Source of the DNA: Geopsychrobacteraceae bacterium
Lineage (GTDB): Bacteria > Desulfobacterota > Desulfuromonadia > Desulfuromonadales > Geopsychrobacteraceae
Direction of reading: 5' to 3'
Length of the DNA stretch: 64,000 nt
NCBI GenBank assembly: GCA_963662315.1
Contig: OY759353.1
Coordinates: 544,001-608,000 of the forward strand
In this document: one piece after another, positions 31,611 through 41,875 of the stretch
How the letters are laid out: each line of letters opens with the position of its first letter
Numbering within the stretch: the stretch's first letter is position 1
Position numbers and translations under genes: made by a program
The notes under the pieces: model-generated
The model's database searches: none
What the model was told of the DNA's origin: nothing
What the model saw: only the letters and a program-made list of their open reading frames with translations

Positions 31611-33026
31611 ATGGAATACTCTCTCATCAAAAAAGTTGTCGAAGAGCTTAATGAAGGTGTTTTGCCGGCTAGAATTGCTAAAATTTATCAGCCTGATGCT
31701 CATGTTATTATCTTTAAGGTGTGGAATGGTCGGACAACCTTCCGCCTGTTATTGTCTGCAGAACCTGGCAAAAGTCGTCTTCACCTGACGGATCGTGAGT
31801 TCATCAACCCCGCCAGACCGCCAAGGTTTTGCCAGTTGCTGCGGTCGCGCGTAACACACATTGACAGTATTGCGCTTAAAAATGATGATCGCGTAGTGAG
31901 TATTCGATGTAAAGGAGAGGCGGGGAGTGTTTTTTTAATAGCAGAACTCACCGGGAAGCATCCTAATCTAATCCTGACAACAGAAGACCAGACCATTATC
32001 GATGCGCTAAACCGGGTTGAGCCTGGCTGCGGCGGGGGACGCAAGGTACGTGCCGGCTTGCCTTATCTGTTTCCCGAGTCAGGAGCAATGGCGAATGTTT
32101 CTGACCAACAACTTGATGAGCCGATCGATGGTGATTTCCCCTATAATGAATATGCAGAATCGAGAGGTGTTGGTCGTTCTGAAGAACGACAGGACCTTCA
32201 TCAGCGTTTAATTAAGTTGGTTAAAAAGCAGAAGCAGAAGATTGGCAAGCGTTTGTCTCGAATTGAAGACGACCTGGCCTTACAGGAAAATTCCGAAGAA
32301 TACAAAATTCGCGGTGAACTGCTGCTTGCAAATTTGCATCAGCTCAAAAGAGGGATGGCTACAGTTGCTGTGGATAATTACTACTGTGACCCGCCACAAA
32401 CTATTACCATTGAGTTGGACCCTGTTCTGGATGGGCAGGCGAATGCACAGCGATATTTTAAGATATTTAAGAAATATCGTCGTGGTGTGGACCATAACCT
32501 GCGGCGTTTGGAAGAGTCCGAGGCAGAACTCAGGTGGCTGAATGGACTGGATTATCAATTGCACGATGCTGTAAATAAATCCGACATTGAAGACATTTCA
32601 GAAGAATTGCGCCACATCGGATTGCTTAAAGATGCTGGCAGTCTGAACGCCAGACGGACAACTATCAGTAGCGAACCTAGAGAAACGACAAGCCCTTCGG
32701 GGCTGATGATTATCTGGGGGCGCAATAACCGCCAGAATGATCAGGTGACTACCAGAATGGCTAAAGAGGGGGACCTCTGGTTTCATGCGCATAAAATTCC
32801 TGGTTCACATGTGGTGCTGAAAACTGCGGGAGGACAGGCCCAAGAAGAGGATATTCTGTTCGCGGCAGGTATTGCCGCCGGATATTCAAAGGCGAAAACA
32901 GACAATAAGGTTGAAGTTATTGAGGCTCGGGTAAGAAATGTTGAAAAAAAGAAGGGGAACCTCCCCGGACAGGTCTTTGTAAAAGACTACAAGGTCAGGC
33001 TGGTAGCGCCTTTGCGGATTGAATAA
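31611..33026 (+). CDS. NFACT/RqcH (FbpA-like) protein
   Basis: PPRFCQLLR, DR motif, ELTGKHPN, NAQRYFK, GRNNRQND, WFHAHKIPGSHV. Confidence 0.9.
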   Translation: MEYSLIKKVVEELNEGVLPARIAKIYQPDAHVIIFKVWNGRTTFRLLLSAEPGKSRLHLTDREFINPARPPRFCQLLRSRVTHIDSIALKNDDRVVSIRCKGEAGSVFLIAELTGKHPNLILTTEDQTIIDALNRVEPGCGGGRKVRAGLPYLFPESGAMANVSDQQLDEPIDGDFPYNEYAESRGVGRSEERQDLHQRLIKLVKKQKQKIGKRLSRIEDDLALQENSEEYKIRGELLLANLHQLKRGMATVAVDNYYCDPPQTITIELDPVLDGQANAQRYFKIFKKYRRGVDHNLRRLEESEAELRWLNGLDYQLHDAVNKSDIEDISEELRHIGLLKDAGSLNARRTTISSEPRETTSPSGLMIIWGRNNRQNDQVTTRMAKEGDLWFHAHKIPGSHVVLKTAGGQAQEEDILFAAGIAAGYSKAKTDNKVEVIEARVRNVEKKKGNLPGQVFVKDYKVRLVAPLRIE

Positions 33027-33098
33027 ATGTTTTTTTTAGAAAGTAATATTTTTTGTTGCAATGGCAAAACCCTTTTGCTATAAACGTCCTCGCTTCAA

Positions 33099-33185
33099 GC
33101 CGAAGTGGTGGAATTGGTAGACACGCTAGGTTCAGGGTCTAGTGCGCGTAGGCGCGTGGGAGTTCGAGTCTCCCCTTCGGCACCA
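33099..33185 (+). tRNA. tRNA-Leu(CAG)
   Basis: GCCGAAG/CTTCGGC acceptor stem, anticodon loop TTCAGGG, long variable arm, encoded CCA. Confidence 0.97.
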
Positions 33186-33194
33186 GTAAATTTT

Positions 33195-33231
33195 AAGGCC
33201 TTGCTGAGTGTAACTTTGCAGGGCCTTTTTT
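33195..33231 (+). terminator. Intrinsic terminator after tRNA-Leu
   Basis: AAGGCCTTGC...GCAGGGCC followed by a T-run. Confidence 0.75.
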
Positions 33232-33456
33232 GTTTTTAGTGATTTTTCAAGGTACCTGTAAGCAGATCTGAATAGATGTTTTAAATAGCGGGAGCGAGCA
33301 GATGCCCCCCCGCTTTTTTGCTAGAATTACTTTATTTTTTATATCATACTTGCTAATGGTTTATCTTTCACATTAAACTCACGGTACGTGCTAAAGATTT
33401 CAAGGATTTATTCATAATATATTTATATTAATAACTTTCTTTTACAGGTGGGGGTT

Positions 33457-36087
33457 ATGCGTTATCTGATATTTATGCTGTTGTTGTTTGTTGTTTCTTG
33501 TGGCGGACAAACTAAAGAAGAAATGGTTAAGGAAGGGGATTCCTTGCTTGCTTCCGGGAACGTTCGCGGTTCGATAGTTCTATATCGCAACGCGCTGGAA
33601 AAAGATGCCAACTATTTAAATGCGCGAATAGGCCTTGCAGACGCCTACAATAAAAGCGGTCAGTATGATCGTGCTGAAAAGGAATATCAAAAAGTTATTT
33701 TGCAGGATTCATCACGAGCACAAACTCATCTTGATCTGGCTTCCGTTTATATTAATCAGAACCTTGGGGAAAAGGCCCTTCTCGAATTAGATAGTTATCA
33801 TTCCGCTAGTGCCGAAACGGTTGAATCCCTTATTCTTTATGGGCGTGCTTACGCAATCAATAAAGATCTTCCTAATGCCGAAACCTCATTGCTAAAAGCA
33901 CTAAGTAAAAACCCACAATCCGATGAAGCATATTTCTGGCTTGCTCATGTTTACCTTGCTATGGGTCAGGTAGGCAATGCAGAGGCGCAGCTCCGTAAAG
34001 CGATTTCTCAGGAGTCTCCAGAGCCTCAGGCCTATTATCTATTAAGTACAGTTCTCGCCAAGCGAGGTGAAGCTGCAGCTGCGCTAGATGTGTACAGACA
34101 ACTCATCAACAAAGATCCTAAGCAGCTAGAAGCTTATTATATGTCTGCTGTTTTGCAGATGGACCTGGGCCAAATGGAAGCTGCGTCACGGACCCTTGCT
34201 AATATGGAGACGCATTTCGCCGATCGTCCTGAGACGGCACGCTTGAAAGGTATGCTGCTTTATCGTCAGGGAAAATTTGCTGAGGCAAATATCGCTCTTG
34301 AGTCTTCGATTAAAAACCAGCCTCACATTCTCGCTTATCTTTTCAGTGGGCTATGTTACTACCAGTCTGAACAGTATGAACTGGCTCTCAATCAGTTTCA
34401 AAAGACCCTCGATATCAATCCTGAATTTCAGCGCGGTCGCATTTTGATCGCTACGACTCTTCTTAAACAGAAGCGAATTGATGATGCAATTGTTGAAATT
34501 CAGAAAGTGTTGCGTAGTGAACCCGATAACGCCTATGCGCACAATATTTTAGGCAGTGCTTATCTGGCCAAGGGGGATTATGACAAGGGGATGGCTGAAC
34601 TTGAAAATGCCTCCGAGCTGGACCCGAATCTTGCTGACGCGCACTTTAAGCGCGGTCTGTTTCATTTGGCGAAAGGCGAAGGGGCGGCTGGTGAGGCAGA
34701 CCTGATCAAAGCTGTTGAGGCGGCTCCTGAAGTGTTAAATAGCCGATTGATGCTTGTTACTCATTATATGCGTCAGAAAAATTATTCTGATGCTATCAAA
34801 ACATTGCAAGATGGTATGACCGGTGAAAAGACAGATGCCCTGCTGAATAATTATCTTGCGGCTGCTTATTTTGCCCAGAAGAAGAACAAAGCGGCAATCG
34901 AGGCATTGCTTAAAGCGCGCAAACTTGATCCTGCGTACCTGACTCCAGCTTTTAACCTTGCTTCTTACTATGCTTCTCAGTCGAAGTATGCTGATGCTCT
35001 TGCTCAATATGACAGCATCTTAAGTATTGACGCTAACAATATCCGGGCCCTGTTGGGCAAAATTGCCGTATTTAACTTGCAAGGGGACCAGTCACAAGTT
35101 CCAGCCACTTATGCAGCAATAGAAAATACTAAACAGGAACAAGGCTATTATATCTTTGCTCGTTATCTTCTTAAAGATAGTAAAGTCGATGACGCTATCG
35201 CAACGGTTGAAAAGGGTTTGCAGGGCTACCCTGACTCTGTCGCGTTGCTTGAACTCCAGGGTGGCCTTGCTTTAAGCAAAAAAGATCTGGATAAGGCTCA
35301 ACTGACCTTCGAAAAGCTTGCTACCGTTGACCCTGAGAAAGGCTACAGCTCATTGGTTCGACTTTACCTGATGAAGAAACAACCGGAGCAGGCTGACAAG
35401 TTGATTCAGGAGCTTTTACAGCAGCATAGTGACCGCGATTATCCATATCTTTTGTCTTCAGGCTTACTGATCAGTCAGCGTAAGTTGGCTGATGCTCAGA
35501 CCGTTGTGAAGCAGGGGCAGAGCCGCGTCGCTGATACATTGCGTCTTGATATGCAATTGGCCCGTATTCTCGAAGCCGATGGTAATCGTGCCCAGGCTGG
35601 ACAATTATATCAACGCATCGTCCAGAAAGCTCCGCGTTTTGCACCCGCTCACGTTGCTCTTGGCTATATAAAGGAGCAGTCAGGAGATAAATCAGCAGCC
35701 CTTGACTTGTATCGCAAGGCTGTCAGCCTCGATCAGCGTAATGTGTCGGGCTTAAATAATCTTGCCTATCTGTTGGCAGATAATTTTGGTGAAGTTAAAG
35801 AGGGTTTGGATTTTGCGCTTAAGGCCTATCGTCTTGAGCCGAGTGATCCACGTATCATGGATACTCTCGGTTATCTGTTGATACTTAATGATAAACATGC
35901 TGACGCCGTAAAGTTGCTCGCCAAGGCCCACGAAATGTTGTCAGATATCCCAACGGTTGCTCTCCATTACGGTCAAGCGCTTATGGGATCTGGCAGTAAA
36001 GCTGAGGCTAAACCAATTCTTGAGGCTGTTATTGAAAAGGGTACAGCTCAGGAGAAAAAGCTTGCTCAAGCTCTTTTGAAAAAGTAG
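33457..36087 (+). CDS. prsT: XrtA/PEP-CTERM system TPR-repeat lipoprotein
   Basis: Lipobox VVSC, ~870 aa of TPR repeats, LNNLAYL and IMDTLGY motifs; first gene of the EPS locus. Confidence 0.85.
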   Translation: MRYLIFMLLLFVVSCGGQTKEEMVKEGDSLLASGNVRGSIVLYRNALEKDANYLNARIGLADAYNKSGQYDRAEKEYQKVILQDSSRAQTHLDLASVYINQNLGEKALLELDSYHSASAETVESLILYGRAYAINKDLPNAETSLLKALSKNPQSDEAYFWLAHVYLAMGQVGNAEAQLRKAISQESPEPQAYYLLSTVLAKRGEAAAALDVYRQLINKDPKQLEAYYMSAVLQMDLGQMEAASRTLANMETHFADRPETARLKGMLLYRQGKFAEANIALESSIKNQPHILAYLFSGLCYYQSEQYELALNQFQKTLDINPEFQRGRILIATTLLKQKRIDDAIVEIQKVLRSEPDNAYAHNILGSAYLAKGDYDKGMAELENASELDPNLADAHFKRGLFHLAKGEGAAGEADLIKAVEAAPEVLNSRLMLVTHYMRQKNYSDAIKTLQDGMTGEKTDALLNNYLAAAYFAQKKNKAAIEALLKARKLDPAYLTPAFNLASYYASQSKYADALAQYDSILSIDANNIRALLGKIAVFNLQGDQSQVPATYAAIENTKQEQGYYIFARYLLKDSKVDDAIATVEKGLQGYPDSVALLELQGGLALSKKDLDKAQLTFEKLATVDPEKGYSSLVRLYLMKKQPEQADKLIQELLQQHSDRDYPYLLSSGLLISQRKLADAQTVVKQGQSRVADTLRLDMQLARILEADGNRAQAGQLYQRIVQKAPRFAPAHVALGYIKEQSGDKSAALDLYRKAVSLDQRNVSGLNNLAYLLADNFGEVKEGLDFALKAYRLEPSDPRIMDTLGYLLILNDKHADAVKLLAKAHEMLSDIPTVALHYGQALMGSGSKAEAKPILEAVIEKGTAQEKKLAQALLKK

Positions 36088-36094
36088 GGCAGAG

Positions 36095-37456
36095 ATGATT
36101 AGACCAAAGTTTTTACTGTTCTGCCTTGATGTTTGTCTGGTCTTTTTGAGTTTACATGTTGGTAATCTTGTACGTTTTGGTGCTTGGACGGGAGCTTCTG
36201 CTGATGGTGCTCCCGATATAGTGCGCCTGCTCGTCCTCCTGCTGTTTCTTTTGCCGGCCAGCTACTTTTTTGAACTGTATGAATGGCGGAAATTTTTCGC
36301 TAAAAAATTCGTTGTTTACCGCACTCTAGCCGTAGCTTTAAGTATCTTTGTCTTCCTATCAGCCTTTCTTTTTATGGCTCCGACTCTGAATCTCGGGCGT
36401 GGTTTGCTTTTTCTCGTTTTGTTGTGTTTCTGGTTGCTGCAATTGGCCAGTCGCTGTTTGGTTTGCCGGTTTGCCAGTTCCTCTCAGTTCGCTTCACGAA
36501 CCCTGATTATTGGCTGTGGCGATCTGGCTCAGCGTATTTACGATACAATTCCCGATGATCATAATGTTCATAGCTTTGTACGCTTTGTCTCCTGTACTGA
36601 GAGTCAGCCAAGAGTCGATAAAAGTCTTGTCGTTGGTCCTATCTCTCAGATAGAAGACCTCGTCGCCAATTATAAGCCACAGCGATTGATTACTGCCTTA
36701 TCGGAACGGCGTGGTAATCTTCCTTTGCGGGAATTTATGCACACTAAATTGCGTGGTGTCGATATTATTGACGCAACCACTTTCTATGAACGGGCAACTG
36801 GCTGTTTGTTAGTGGAGCATATGCAACCCAGTGCTTTCGTTTATACTGATGGGTTCCGTATGACACCATTTATGCGTAGTTATAAGCGCTTGTATGACCT
36901 TCTTTTCTCAACCATCGGCCTGCTGTTGACGTTACCTTTTTTTCCATTTGTAGCTTTATTGATCAAGCTCGACTCGCCTGGTCCTGTCTTTTTTAAGCAG
37001 TTGCGCGTCGGTGAAGGGGAAATTGAGTTTTTTGTCTACAAGTTCCGGACTATGCGTCAGGATGCCGAAGCAAGAACAGGTGCCGTCTGGGCTGAAAAAG
37101 ATGATCCCAGGGTAACACGTATGGGTAAATTTATGCGCAAAACCCGGATCGATGAGATTCCTCAGCTGTATAACGTATTAAAAGGGGATATGAGTTTCAT
37201 CGGTCCCCGGCCAGAGCGTATGGCTTTTGTCGACAGGCTTAAAGAGACGATCCCTTTTTATTCCACCCGACATTTTATCAAGCCTGGTGTTACAGGATGG
37301 GCTCAGGTCTGCTATCCTTATGGGGCCTCGGACGAAGATGCTCTGGAAAAGCTGCGTTACGACCTTTTTTATATTAAGAATTATTCTATTTTTCTCGATT
37401 TCAGAATTATTGTCGATACGATTCGGGTTGTAACTTCCGGTTTTGGAGGACGTTGA
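36095..37456 (+). CDS. Priming polyprenyl glycosylphosphotransferase (XrtA-associated type)
   Basis: N-terminal TM helices, KFRTM, DDPRVT, RIDEIPQL, GPRPER, KPGVTGWAQV, EKLRYDLFYIKN. Confidence 0.92.
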   Translation: MIRPKFLLFCLDVCLVFLSLHVGNLVRFGAWTGASADGAPDIVRLLVLLLFLLPASYFFELYEWRKFFAKKFVVYRTLAVALSIFVFLSAFLFMAPTLNLGRGLLFLVLLCFWLLQLASRCLVCRFASSSQFASRTLIIGCGDLAQRIYDTIPDDHNVHSFVRFVSCTESQPRVDKSLVVGPISQIEDLVANYKPQRLITALSERRGNLPLREFMHTKLRGVDIIDATTFYERATGCLLVEHMQPSAFVYTDGFRMTPFMRSYKRLYDLLFSTIGLLLTLPFFPFVALLIKLDSPGPVFFKQLRVGEGEIEFFVYKFRTMRQDAEARTGAVWAEKDDPRVTRMGKFMRKTRIDEIPQLYNVLKGDMSFIGPRPERMAFVDRLKETIPFYSTRHFIKPGVTGWAQVCYPYGASDEDALEKLRYDLFYIKNYSIFLDFRIIVDTIRVVTSGFGGR

Positions 37457-38244
37457 TGCTACGTTTTTTTGTTATTTTTTCATGTTCATTTCTGCTGGTT
37501 TTCCAGGTTTGTGCCGCTGATTACATTATTGGAAAAGGTGATGGTCTTGAGGTGGCCGTGTGGGGCATTCCTGAAATGAGTCGTACGGTCACGGTTCGAC
37601 CCGATGGTAAAATTACCTTGCCCGCTGTCGGTGATGTTGTCGCTGCAGGTGTCACGCCGGAAAAACTGAGTCTGCAATTAGCTGATGCTATGAAGTCATA
37701 TGTTAAGCAGCCCATTGTGACCGTATCGGTCGAGCGCATCGTTAATAATCGCATCTATATTACCGGAGGGTTGTTGTCTCGCAGCGTAGATCTGGTGAAA
37801 GAGACCTCTCTGCTAAAACTGATGAGTGAAATCGGTAACTTGACAGCAGCCGATCTACATAATGCTTATATTCTTCGCAATAAAAAGAAAATCAGTACTG
37901 ATTTTTACGCCCTTTATTATAAGGGGGACTTGGCACAGGATCTAACCCTTCAGGCCGAAGATATCATCTTTCTTCCGAGCAATTTGCTTAATCAGGTTTA
38001 TGTGTTTGGGGCGGTTAAGGCCCCTCAATCATTGCAGTATTATGATGGTATGAGGATCATGGATGCGATTTTGGCAGCAGGCGGCTTTACAGAATTTGCT
38101 AAGCAGAGCAGCGTGTATCGTATTGACAAAAATAGGCAGAAGCAGAAAATCGATCTGGAGAAATTGGTTAAGGGTAAAGATATGGATACGAATATCAATC
38201 TGGCTCCTGGTGATTATATCATTGTTGATGAAAGTATTTTCTGA
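37456..38244 (+). CDS. Polysaccharide export protein (Wza/OPX-like, SLBB repeats)
   Basis: YIIGKGD...VRPDGKITLP...G.TP, AGGFTEFA. Confidence 0.88.
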   Translation: MLRFFVIFSCSFLLVFQVCAADYIIGKGDGLEVAVWGIPEMSRTVTVRPDGKITLPAVGDVVAAGVTPEKLSLQLADAMKSYVKQPIVTVSVERIVNNRIYITGGLLSRSVDLVKETSLLKLMSEIGNLTAADLHNAYILRNKKKISTDFYALYYKGDLAQDLTLQAEDIIFLPSNLLNQVYVFGAVKAPQSLQYYDGMRIMDAILAAGGFTEFAKQSSVYRIDKNRQKQKIDLEKLVKGKDMDTNINLAPGDYIIVDESIF

Positions 38245-38253
38245 GGATTTTTA

Positions 38254-39756
38254 ATGCAGAACCTTAAGGAATTTTTTCGCTATATCCGCGCACTGTACCG
38301 TTATCGTGTGCTTTTTTGTGTTGTTTCGCTTCTGGTGATGACTGTGATTGGAGCGGGTAGTTTTTTTATTCCTAAAAAGTACCGGGCTGACACCACGGTT
38401 TTTATTGAAAGAAATGTTATTGATAATCTGGTTAAGGGGATTGCGGTAACTCCAAGTATTGATGATCGGATCAGGGTCCTCAAATACGCTATCCTTAGCC
38501 GCGACTTGGTGACCAAAACTCTGGAAGAAGTAAACTCACCTATTTTTACAAAGGATATAGCCGAACAGCAGGAGTATATTTCAAAGCTCATCGATAGAAC
38601 GGATTTGCGCGTTCGCGGCAAAGAATTGTTTACTGTATCTATCGATGATAAATCCGCTGATTTTGCTCAGAAGTACATTAATACTCTTGTTGGTCTGTAC
38701 GTTGAGGATAACATCTCTGCCAAGCGTGAAGAGACCTACGGAGCTAACCGTTTTTTGTCTGAACAGATAGAGGTTTTTAAAGCCAAACTTGAAGCTGCTG
38801 AAGATAAAATCATCGAATTCCGCAACAAGAATGGTATTTATTTTAGCGTTGATGAAAAGTCTACACTTGGCGAGATTCGGGAATTGGAAAAACAGATCGA
38901 GCAGATTGTGCTCTCTGAGGAGACTTATCAGGCACGTAAGCGTCAGGTTAAGCAACAGTTAGAAAGTATTCCCGAGACAATTGATACAGTTAGCGAAGCA
39001 AAAGAGAACAGCCGTCTTTCCGAAATGGAGAACAGGCTGGGGACGTTATTGTTGCGTTATACCGATAATTATCCTGAGGTTGTGCGCCTGAAAGCTGAAA
39101 TCGAAGCTCTGAAACAGAAAATGACAGAGCCACAAAGTCAGGAACGGAAAGCTGAAAGTACCAAGTTTACAACTTTAAACCCCATGTATCAGGATTTGCA
39201 GGGGCAACTGTTTCAGATTGATGCAGAACTCTCTTCGTTAGGTGCGCAAAAGCTTAATTTGCAGAAATCTATTGCAAAAAAAGAGAATGAATTGCGTGAT
39301 GTTCCTACCGCAAGAAAGGAACTTGGGCTGCTGGTCCAGGAACGTGATTCAGTCAAAAAGATTTATGACGAACTGCTAGGGCGTATGAGCCAGTCCGAGG
39401 TTTCTAAGCAGATGGAGATTGGCAACAAAGCAGCGACTTTTCGTATTGTTGATCCTGCTGTTTTACCCAAGGTTCCAGTATCACCTAACATGCTAAAAAT
39501 GTTTATTCTCGCGATCGCCGGCGGCCTTGCTTGTGGCATGGGGTTAATTTTTCTGCTGGAAAATCTGGACCCCAGAATTCGTGATGTTGAAGTACTGGAA
39601 AGCAATGGTTTTGACGTGCTTGCCGTTGTGCCCAATATTGTTGATGGCGAAGTGATTCGTAAACGTAGGCTCGGCAATGTATTATTGTTTTTCTCCAGTA
39701 GTCTCTATTTCGTGTGTTTTTCCGGCGTCTTTGTTTACGTCATTTTTATAAAATAA
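38254..39756 (+). CDS. Polysaccharide chain-length determinant (Wzc membrane/periplasmic part)
   Basis: Two TM segments flanking a coiled coil, YTDNYPEV, FRIVDPAVLP. Confidence 0.9.
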   Translation: MQNLKEFFRYIRALYRYRVLFCVVSLLVMTVIGAGSFFIPKKYRADTTVFIERNVIDNLVKGIAVTPSIDDRIRVLKYAILSRDLVTKTLEEVNSPIFTKDIAEQQEYISKLIDRTDLRVRGKELFTVSIDDKSADFAQKYINTLVGLYVEDNISAKREETYGANRFLSEQIEVFKAKLEAAEDKIIEFRNKNGIYFSVDEKSTLGEIRELEKQIEQIVLSEETYQARKRQVKQQLESIPETIDTVSEAKENSRLSEMENRLGTLLLRYTDNYPEVVRLKAEIEALKQKMTEPQSQERKAESTKFTTLNPMYQDLQGQLFQIDAELSSLGAQKLNLQKSIAKKENELRDVPTARKELGLLVQERDSVKKIYDELLGRMSQSEVSKQMEIGNKAATFRIVDPAVLPKVPVSPNMLKMFILAIAGGLACGMGLIFLLENLDPRIRDVEVLESNGFDVLAVVPNIVDGEVIRKRRLGNVLLFFSSSLYFVCFSGVFVYVIFIK

Positions 39757-39766
39757 AGGTTTTTAT

Positions 39767-40600
39767 ATGAGCCGCATCGAAGACGCATTAAAAAAAGCAG
39801 CACATCGCAAACGTACCATGACTACAGGTCTTGAAGCTGACCCGGACAGATCCGTGTTAAAGGCCCGTGTCGAACAGAAAACTCCCGTTGCTAAAGCGGC
39901 TGAATTTTTGCTTAGTGTTGCACCTATTAAAATTACAAATGCTCTTATCCCTACGGTAAAGGAAGAGAAAACTATCGCTGCAGAAGAATACAATAAACTG
40001 CGTTCCGCGATTATTGCTCTCACACGCTCCGACAAACCTCTTAACACTATGCTGGTCACCAGCACGGTTAGTGAAGAAGGGAAGTCAATGACCTCCCTTA
40101 ATCTGGCGATTGCTTTGGCTAAAGAGCAGGATCATACCGTTCTTCTGGTTGATACTGATTTGCGGCGTCCTTCGTTGCATCGCTATTTTGGCATTACTCC
40201 TGAATGTGGATTGGTTCATTGCTTGAGGGATAATCTGCCGTTGGAAAAGGCTTTAATCAAAACCGGAATCGGAAAACTGGTATTCCTTCCTGCCGGTGAA
40301 GCTCTCAGAGATCCGCTCGACTTGTTATCGTCACGCCGGATGAAAGATATCATTGGAGAGTTGAAGCAACGCTACGATGATCGTTATGTTATTTTTGATA
40401 CCCCTCCGGCTTCCCCATTTTCTGATGCCGGGGTACTAGCGGCCATGGTTGATTCAACCTTGTTCGTTGTCAGAGAGGGAAAGGCCTCCAAGAAGACCTT
40501 GCTTAAAACTCTTGAAGAATTTAAAGCAATGAATTTGTTGGGAGTAGTTTATAATGATGCGCATACTTTTATAAAGAAACAGGATTACTACTATTACTGA
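39767..40600 (+). CDS. BY-kinase tyrosine autokinase (split Wzc C-terminal part)
   Basis: MSRIEDAL, Walker A TSTVSEEGKS, DTDLRRP, FDTPP, C-terminal DYYYY cluster. Confidence 0.92.
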   Translation: MSRIEDALKKAAHRKRTMTTGLEADPDRSVLKARVEQKTPVAKAAEFLLSVAPIKITNALIPTVKEEKTIAAEEYNKLRSAIIALTRSDKPLNTMLVTSTVSEEGKSMTSLNLAIALAKEQDHTVLLVDTDLRRPSLHRYFGITPECGLVHCLRDNLPLEKALIKTGIGKLVFLPAGEALRDPLDLLSSRRMKDIIGELKQRYDDRYVIFDTPPASPFSDAGVLAAMVDSTLFVVREGKASKKTLLKTLEEFKAMNLLGVVYNDAHTFIKKQDYYYY

Positions 40601-41871
40601 TGGGAGTTCCAATGGGTAAGCTATCTTTTCGTAAGCTTTTTATACTCAGTTTCTTTGTTACCGCTATTATTGGATCTGTTGCGCAGACTGCCTTCGCCGC
40701 TTTTGAGTTTCATCCTCGGTTTAGCGTGTCTGAAGAGTATAATGACAATCTCTACCTGGCTGAAAATAATCAGCAGGAGGATTGGATTACCATTATCTCC
40801 CCTGGGTTTCGGTTGCTTTATGATAATCGCTCTATTGATGCGAATATTGACTATTCCTTGCGGTATAAGATTTATAAAAATAATTCTGATGATAATCAGG
40901 ATAAATTTAAAGACATTCAGCGTGCTAATGCATCGGTTCTACTGTTTGGCGGAAGACCCTTTACTCTACGCTTGAGTGAAAGAATAACAAGAGATCAGCT
41001 GGATGACAGTGAGCGTTATGCTGAATATAATGATGTGGTTAATCGCTCAACGGTTTATCGAACCTCGATTGCTCCAGAGTATCGTCAGAGTCTCGGTCAG
41101 ACCTTGACCCTAGTGCTGGGTTATACCTACAACCGTGTTGATTGGGTAGACCCTGTCGGGGATGACACCCAGGAACACATCGGCCGTGTTTCTCTGGAGA
41201 AAAATTTATCAACAGCAACGACCATCTTTGGGTCCTATGCCTACCGGGTCATGGCTTCTGATGCTCCTGAAGATGAATTCGATCGAAATGATTATTCCGT
41301 TGGTGTTCGCCAACAGCTCGGAAAGCGTATGTCGCTATCGGGTGAGTTTGGTTACAGCACTGTAGAATATGACATTGATGGTGATACTGATTCCATGACC
41401 TGGAATTTTTCTGCAGACTACCAAATGACGGCCGCAATTTTATTGCGCCTCAGTCTGTCACAGGATTTTGTTGTTTCAGCGACAAATGGATTGACTAAAA
41501 TTCATGAAGTTACTGCTGGCTTAGGTTATAAAAAAGACGCTATTGACGGGAGTGCCGATTTTTACTGGTCCAAAACGGATTATATCCGTCTTGATCGACA
41601 GGATACTGCCTATGGTGTGCGTTTTGGTATGAGTGATCAATTGTCGAATTATTTCACAGTTCATGCCAACGGTGAGCTCGAATTTGCCGAATATCAGGAG
41701 CTTGCTCGTGATGAAGATGTTTATCGCTATTCTTTGGGGACATCTTTAGATTACACTTATCGGCGCTTTCTGGTCTCTTGCGGTTATCGCTACCGTGTCA
41801 ATAATTCTGACATAGATACTAATGACTATCGAAACAATGTTGTTACTTTAAGTGGAACAGTGCGGTTTTAA
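40600..41871 (+). CDS. EPS-associated outer-membrane beta-barrel protein
   Basis: Signal peptide, FHPRFSVSEEYNDN, amphipathic strands, terminal Phe. Confidence 0.85.
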   Translation: MGVPMGKLSFRKLFILSFFVTAIIGSVAQTAFAAFEFHPRFSVSEEYNDNLYLAENNQQEDWITIISPGFRLLYDNRSIDANIDYSLRYKIYKNNSDDNQDKFKDIQRANASVLLFGGRPFTLRLSERITRDQLDDSERYAEYNDVVNRSTVYRTSIAPEYRQSLGQTLTLVLGYTYNRVDWVDPVGDDTQEHIGRVSLEKNLSTATTIFGSYAYRVMASDAPEDEFDRNDYSVGVRQQLGKRMSLSGEFGYSTVEYDIDGDTDSMTWNFSADYQMTAAILLRLSLSQDFVVSATNGLTKIHEVTAGLGYKKDAIDGSADFYWSKTDYIRLDRQDTAYGVRFGMSDQLSNYFTVHANGELEFAEYQELARDEDVYRYSLGTSLDYTYRRFLVSCGYRYRVNNSDIDTNDYRNNVVTLSGTVRF

Positions 41872-41875
41872 AATT

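Noticed and set aside
33099..33456. tRNA-Leu as integration site for an EPS island
   Set aside because: No integrase and no duplicated tRNA 3' end in the window; the proximal genes look compositionally native.
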